64,000 nucleotides of DNA from Phycisphaerae bacterium. GTDB taxonomy: Bacteria > Planctomycetota > Phycisphaerae > UBA1845. The notes under the pieces are model-generated. The model was given only the letters and a program-made list of their open reading frames with translations, was not told the DNA's origin and searched no databases. The stretch covers positions 127,411 to 191,410 of the forward strand of contig CAXXKI010000019.1 in assembly GCA_963667855.2 (NCBI GenBank). Reading direction: 5' to 3'. This document shows, piece by piece, positions 60,644 to 64,000 of this stretch. Both the position numbers and the translations under genes were made by a program. The first letter of the stretch is position 1. Every line of letters starts with the position of its first letter.

Positions 60644-60824
60644 TAGAGTCACATCTGCCGAATCAACCGATTAACCGGGACAGGTTGTTCAGTCGTTGGA
60701 CAAGCCATAGCATACGTCTGAACATTCATTAGAAAATCAATAAAACCTGGTTCCTGGCGATCATCGAATTTAAATTTTCTTGCCGTATAATGACCGTTGG
60801 ATTTTTGTAACACAAGGAGTTGTC

Positions 60825-61457
60825 ATGGGCAAGCAGTATAATTCGAGCGAAGCGGGTAACACAGTCTCTGGTCGTGGGGATGGTGAACACCCAATCGAGC
60901 GAGTTTCGATGAATCTGTATTTTGGGGTATGGGTGGTAGTAATGGGACTTGTTTCGATCTTAGCTTTCGTTCCGGTCAGTTACGCTATCGCAGAGAATCC
61001 TAAACCGAGCAGTATTATTGCTCTTATGTATTTTGCTTGCTTTTTTGGCTTGGCGGTCGGGTTGTACGTTTTGTGGATTCATAGTCGGTATGTCGTTCTT
61101 GAATGGGATTCCGAAGGATTGGCTTGTCATACTGGTCTCGTGGATCCCGCTCATTATAGATGGCCTTGGTCGGACTTGGAAAAATCCTTCCTTTTCATTG
61201 AACAAATTAAATATGTAAAGGTATTTAGATTTGTTATAGTTTTACCTCAAGAAATTGTAGTAATCGACAATGCTCAGTTAGCTTTCCGAAGTGTTGACAG
61301 GCTTATCAATGCAATACGGCAACATGCAGACGTTGAAACATCAAAACTAGAGCGGAGTAAATCGCCGCGATTGCGGCTGTTGTCGACAATACAACCTCGT
61401 GCGGGTTGGGATGATATGCTACACCAATACGGTTTGGCCCAACAAAGATGCGAATAG
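60825..61457 (+). CDS. hypothetical membrane protein (PH-like C-terminal domain possible)
   Basis: AAGGAG RBS; two TM helices then a W...WS.L beta-rich region. Confidence 0.6.
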   Translation: MGKQYNSSEAGNTVSGRGDGEHPIERVSMNLYFGVWVVVMGLVSILAFVPVSYAIAENPKPSSIIALMYFACFFGLAVGLYVLWIHSRYVVLEWDSEGLACHTGLVDPAHYRWPWSDLEKSFLFIEQIKYVKVFRFVIVLPQEIVVIDNAQLAFRSVDRLINAIRQHADVETSKLERSKSPRLRLLSTIQPRAGWDDMLHQYGLAQQRCE

Positions 61458-61554
61458 TGCGTGTTTTCTTGCCAACATGGATCTCCAAAACGCGATCTAC
61501 GGAAAACTGGAATAGTAATCAGGCAGTCAAAACGACTCTCCCGCACTTCGAGCC

Positions 61555-61628
61555 AACCGGGACAGGTTCGGTTTTGCAGTTTAAGTGGATTTATCCACAA
61601 ACACGGATAAACCGATCCTGTCCCGATT
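61555..61628. repeat. inverted repeat (GGGACAG-type palindrome)
   Basis: AACCGGGACAGGTTCGGTTT / AAACCGATCCTGTCCCGATT; half copy AACCGGGACAGGTT near 60673. Confidence 0.6.
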
Positions 61629-61693
61629 ATTCATCTTATTGAAGATGCAGGGCTTGCTCGAATATTGTTTTTCCATGGTCCGCAAAGCGGACC

Positions 61694-63499
61694 CTACGCA
61701 TTCTTCCTGGCTTTTACTTCCGGACGGAGGTCTATGCCCAGTTCCTCCAGTTGTGCTTCGGCCACGTCGCCGGGGGCGTTAGTCAACGGGCAGACTGCTC
61801 TTTGAGTCTTGGGGAACGCGATCACGTCGCGTAGCGACAGGCATTTTCCCAGCATCATCACTATCCGGTCAAAACCCAGGGCCAATCCTCCGTGCGGCGG
61901 TGCTCCGAAACGCAGGGCATCCAGAAGGAATTCAAACTTGTCGTGAGCTTCTTCCGCCGACAGGCCCAGCAGTTCAAATATCTTGGACTGAACCTTGGCC
62001 TGGTGAATCCTTATGCTCCCTCCGCCGAGTTCGATTCCGTTAAGCGTGAGATCATACGCCTTGGATAACGCCTTACCCGGGTCGGTATCCAGCAGCGGAA
62101 TATCTTCATCCCGCGGCGCCGTGAACGGATGGTGCAGGCTGCAATATCGTTTTTCCTCCTCGTCCCATTCGAACATGGGGAAATCAACAACCCACATCAG
62201 GTTCCACTCGTCTTCCGGAATAAGATCGAGCATTTCAGCCAGCCGGGTTCGCACGAAGTGCAGGTACTTGCATACGTCGGCGTAGGTCCCGGGCATGCAG
62301 ACGATAAGGTCACCTGCCTCCGCACCGGTGGCCGCGAGCAAATCATCGCACACCGGCTGGAGGAACTTGGCCACACCGGTGGACAATTCTGGTTTACCAC
62401 CGTCTCCTTCAACAACCTTGGTAACCGGCATGCCGCCGGCGCCGATGCCTTTGAGCTCTTCGGTTAAACCGTCGGTCTCCTTGCGGGTCATCGTGCCGCC
62501 GCCTTTAACCACGATACACTTGACCACGCCGCCTGAAGCTATAGCTTCTTTAAAAATCTTGAAATCGGTTTTTTCACAAACCGCGGTTATATCCTGCAGC
62601 TCGAGCCCGAAGCGCATGTCGGGCCTGTCGATGCCGAAGCGGTCCATGGCCTCCTTATAGGTCATGCGTTTGAAGGGAATCTGCACATCGACACCGATTC
62701 CCTCCTTGAACATCCGCTGGACGGCCCCCTCGACGCAACTGATCACGTCTTCCACCTGGACAAAAGCCATCTCCAGGTCGATCTGAGTGAATTCCGGCTG
62801 ACGATCGGCGCGAAGGTCTTCATCTCGGAAGCAGCGGACAATCTGGCAGTAGCGGTCGTAGCCGGCCATCATCAGCATCTGCTTGTAAAGCTGCGGCGAC
62901 TGAGGCAACGCAAAAAACTGACCGGGATACACCCGCGAAGGAACGAGATAGTCGCGGGCACCTTCGGGAGTGGATTTTCCGAGTACCGGCGTTTCGATCT
63001 CGACGAATCCCTGCTCGTCGAAGTAGTCGCGGCTGGCTTTGGCCAACCGGTGCCTGAGACGCATCAGCTTCTGCATTTTAGGCCTGCGCAGGTCGACGAC
63101 CCGGTATTTGAGTCGAGAGTCCTCGCCGGCGTCTATATCGTCAGATACCTCGAAAGGCGGGGTGTCGGCCTTGCTCAGGAGATCCAGTTCGTGCCCCGCT
63201 ATCTCTATCTCACCGGTAGGAAGCTTGGGATTAACGTTTTCACCGCGAAGAATTACGTTACCACGTACAGCAATAACGTCTTCCCGGCGGATAGTTCCGG
63301 CAAGCTTATGCGATTCCGGGTCGGTCTGGGGATTGAACTTCACCTGGGTGATGCCCGTGTAGTCACGAATATCAATGAAGGCCATCCCGCCCAGATCGCG
63401 ATAATTCTGTGCCCACCCAACAAGGATGACTTCCTGTCCTTCGTGCTCTTTCCGGAGCTCGCCGTTCATATGCGTTCGTTTGTTGTATGGAATGGCCAC
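61694..63499 (-). CDS. aspS: aspartate--tRNA ligase
   Basis: RTH, RDLGG, PEGARDY, LPQSPQ, FRDEDLRADRQPEFTQ, GGGSIRIH, GAPPHGG. Confidence 0.97.
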   Translation of the reverse strand: MAIPYNKRTHMNGELRKEHEGQEVILVGWAQNYRDLGGMAFIDIRDYTGITQVKFNPQTDPESHKLAGTIRREDVIAVRGNVILRGENVNPKLPTGEIEIAGHELDLLSKADTPPFEVSDDIDAGEDSRLKYRVVDLRRPKMQKLMRLRHRLAKASRDYFDEQGFVEIETPVLGKSTPEGARDYLVPSRVYPGQFFALPQSPQLYKQMLMMAGYDRYCQIVRCFRDEDLRADRQPEFTQIDLEMAFVQVEDVISCVEGAVQRMFKEGIGVDVQIPFKRMTYKEAMDRFGIDRPDMRFGLELQDITAVCEKTDFKIFKEAIASGGVVKCIVVKGGGTMTRKETDGLTEELKGIGAGGMPVTKVVEGDGGKPELSTGVAKFLQPVCDDLLAATGAEAGDLIVCMPGTYADVCKYLHFVRTRLAEMLDLIPEDEWNLMWVVDFPMFEWDEEEKRYCSLHHPFTAPRDEDIPLLDTDPGKALSKAYDLTLNGIELGGGSIRIHQAKVQSKIFELLGLSAEEAHDKFEFLLDALRFGAPPHGGLALGFDRIVMMLGKCLSLRDVIAFPKTQRAVCPLTNAPGDVAEAQLEELGIDLRPEVKARKNA

Positions 63500-63785
63500 T
63501 TTGTTTCTCCTACCAGTATTGAAACGCTAAACCTTGTACTTGTATTATTTTGTCGATGTAATTGCAACGCAGGTGGGGCAAAAACGAGTGGCAAGAAAGA
63601 TAAAAAGGGGCTTTTAGCTGGTTTAGGAAGATGGTTTTGACTTCTTTCTACTGTCAGGTCGATTATAAGGGGGTAGAATAAACGCAACACGGCGCTTATC
63701 GGGCGCTGCGGAACAAAAAACGGAATCAGGTGGGGAACTGACACGAAAGTCAAGCGTCTAAAAGTATCAAACAGCAGGTGAGTAG

Positions 63786-64000
63786 GTGCAGATACCGGCG
63801 ACAACGGTGAAATTCGAGGATGCGGTTCTGGTCCGGCAGGTGCAAGCCGGCGAGGTTGTGGCGTTCGCCGACCTCGTGCGCAAGTACCAGAACCGGGTCT
63901 ACAACACCTGCCTGCGGATCTGCGGCAACCGGACGACGCCAGCGACCTTGCCCAGGAAGCTTTCCTGAAGGCTTTCGAGTCTATCGATTCGTTTCGGGGT
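63786..64000 (+). CDS. ECF sigma factor (5' part, truncated by the window end; 1-nt frameshift near 63930)
   Basis: DAVLV...AFADLVRKYQNRVY...; the shifted frame gives DDASDLAQEAFLKAFESIDSFRG. Confidence 0.85.

Noticed and set aside
1-64000. CRISPR array, tRNA or rRNA genes
   Set aside because: No regularly spaced direct repeats with unique spacers, no cas genes and no tRNA or rRNA signature recognised; the repeats found are dispersed palindromes

Overview
Bacterial genomic DNA, most consistent with an anaerobic planctomycete of the class Phycisphaerae. This is inferred from the CxxCGYxL...RCPECG zinc-ribbon membrane proteins, the prepilin-type proteins, a PEP-CTERM protein and NfnAB. Housekeeping genes (gyrA, dnaK, aspS, polyprenyl synthase, nfnAB, ftcD/hutF/argE, natAB-like ABC exporter) are interleaved with signalling genes, carbohydrate enzymes and two intact IS elements (ISL3 with an 8-bp TSD, IS4 with a 9-bp TSD). 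There is also a frameshifted AbiE toxin-antitoxin pair and at least five families of REP-like palindromes. The most unusual items: (1) two tandem 654-aa type IV prepilin-like proteins carrying 76-aa solenoid repeats that are homogenised within each gene but systematically different between the genes; (2) two adjacent paralogous Zn-ribbon-FHA-Zn-ribbon proteins, one fused to an intact rhomboid protease; (3) an orphan lipoprotein made of only the central domain of flagellar rod protein FlgG; (4) a diverged relic copy of the natB 3' end. Clustered frameshifts, including in a normally essential gene, suggest some assembly indel errors. No rRNA, tRNA or CRISPR array was recognised. All calls are from motif recognition by eye, with no database searches.
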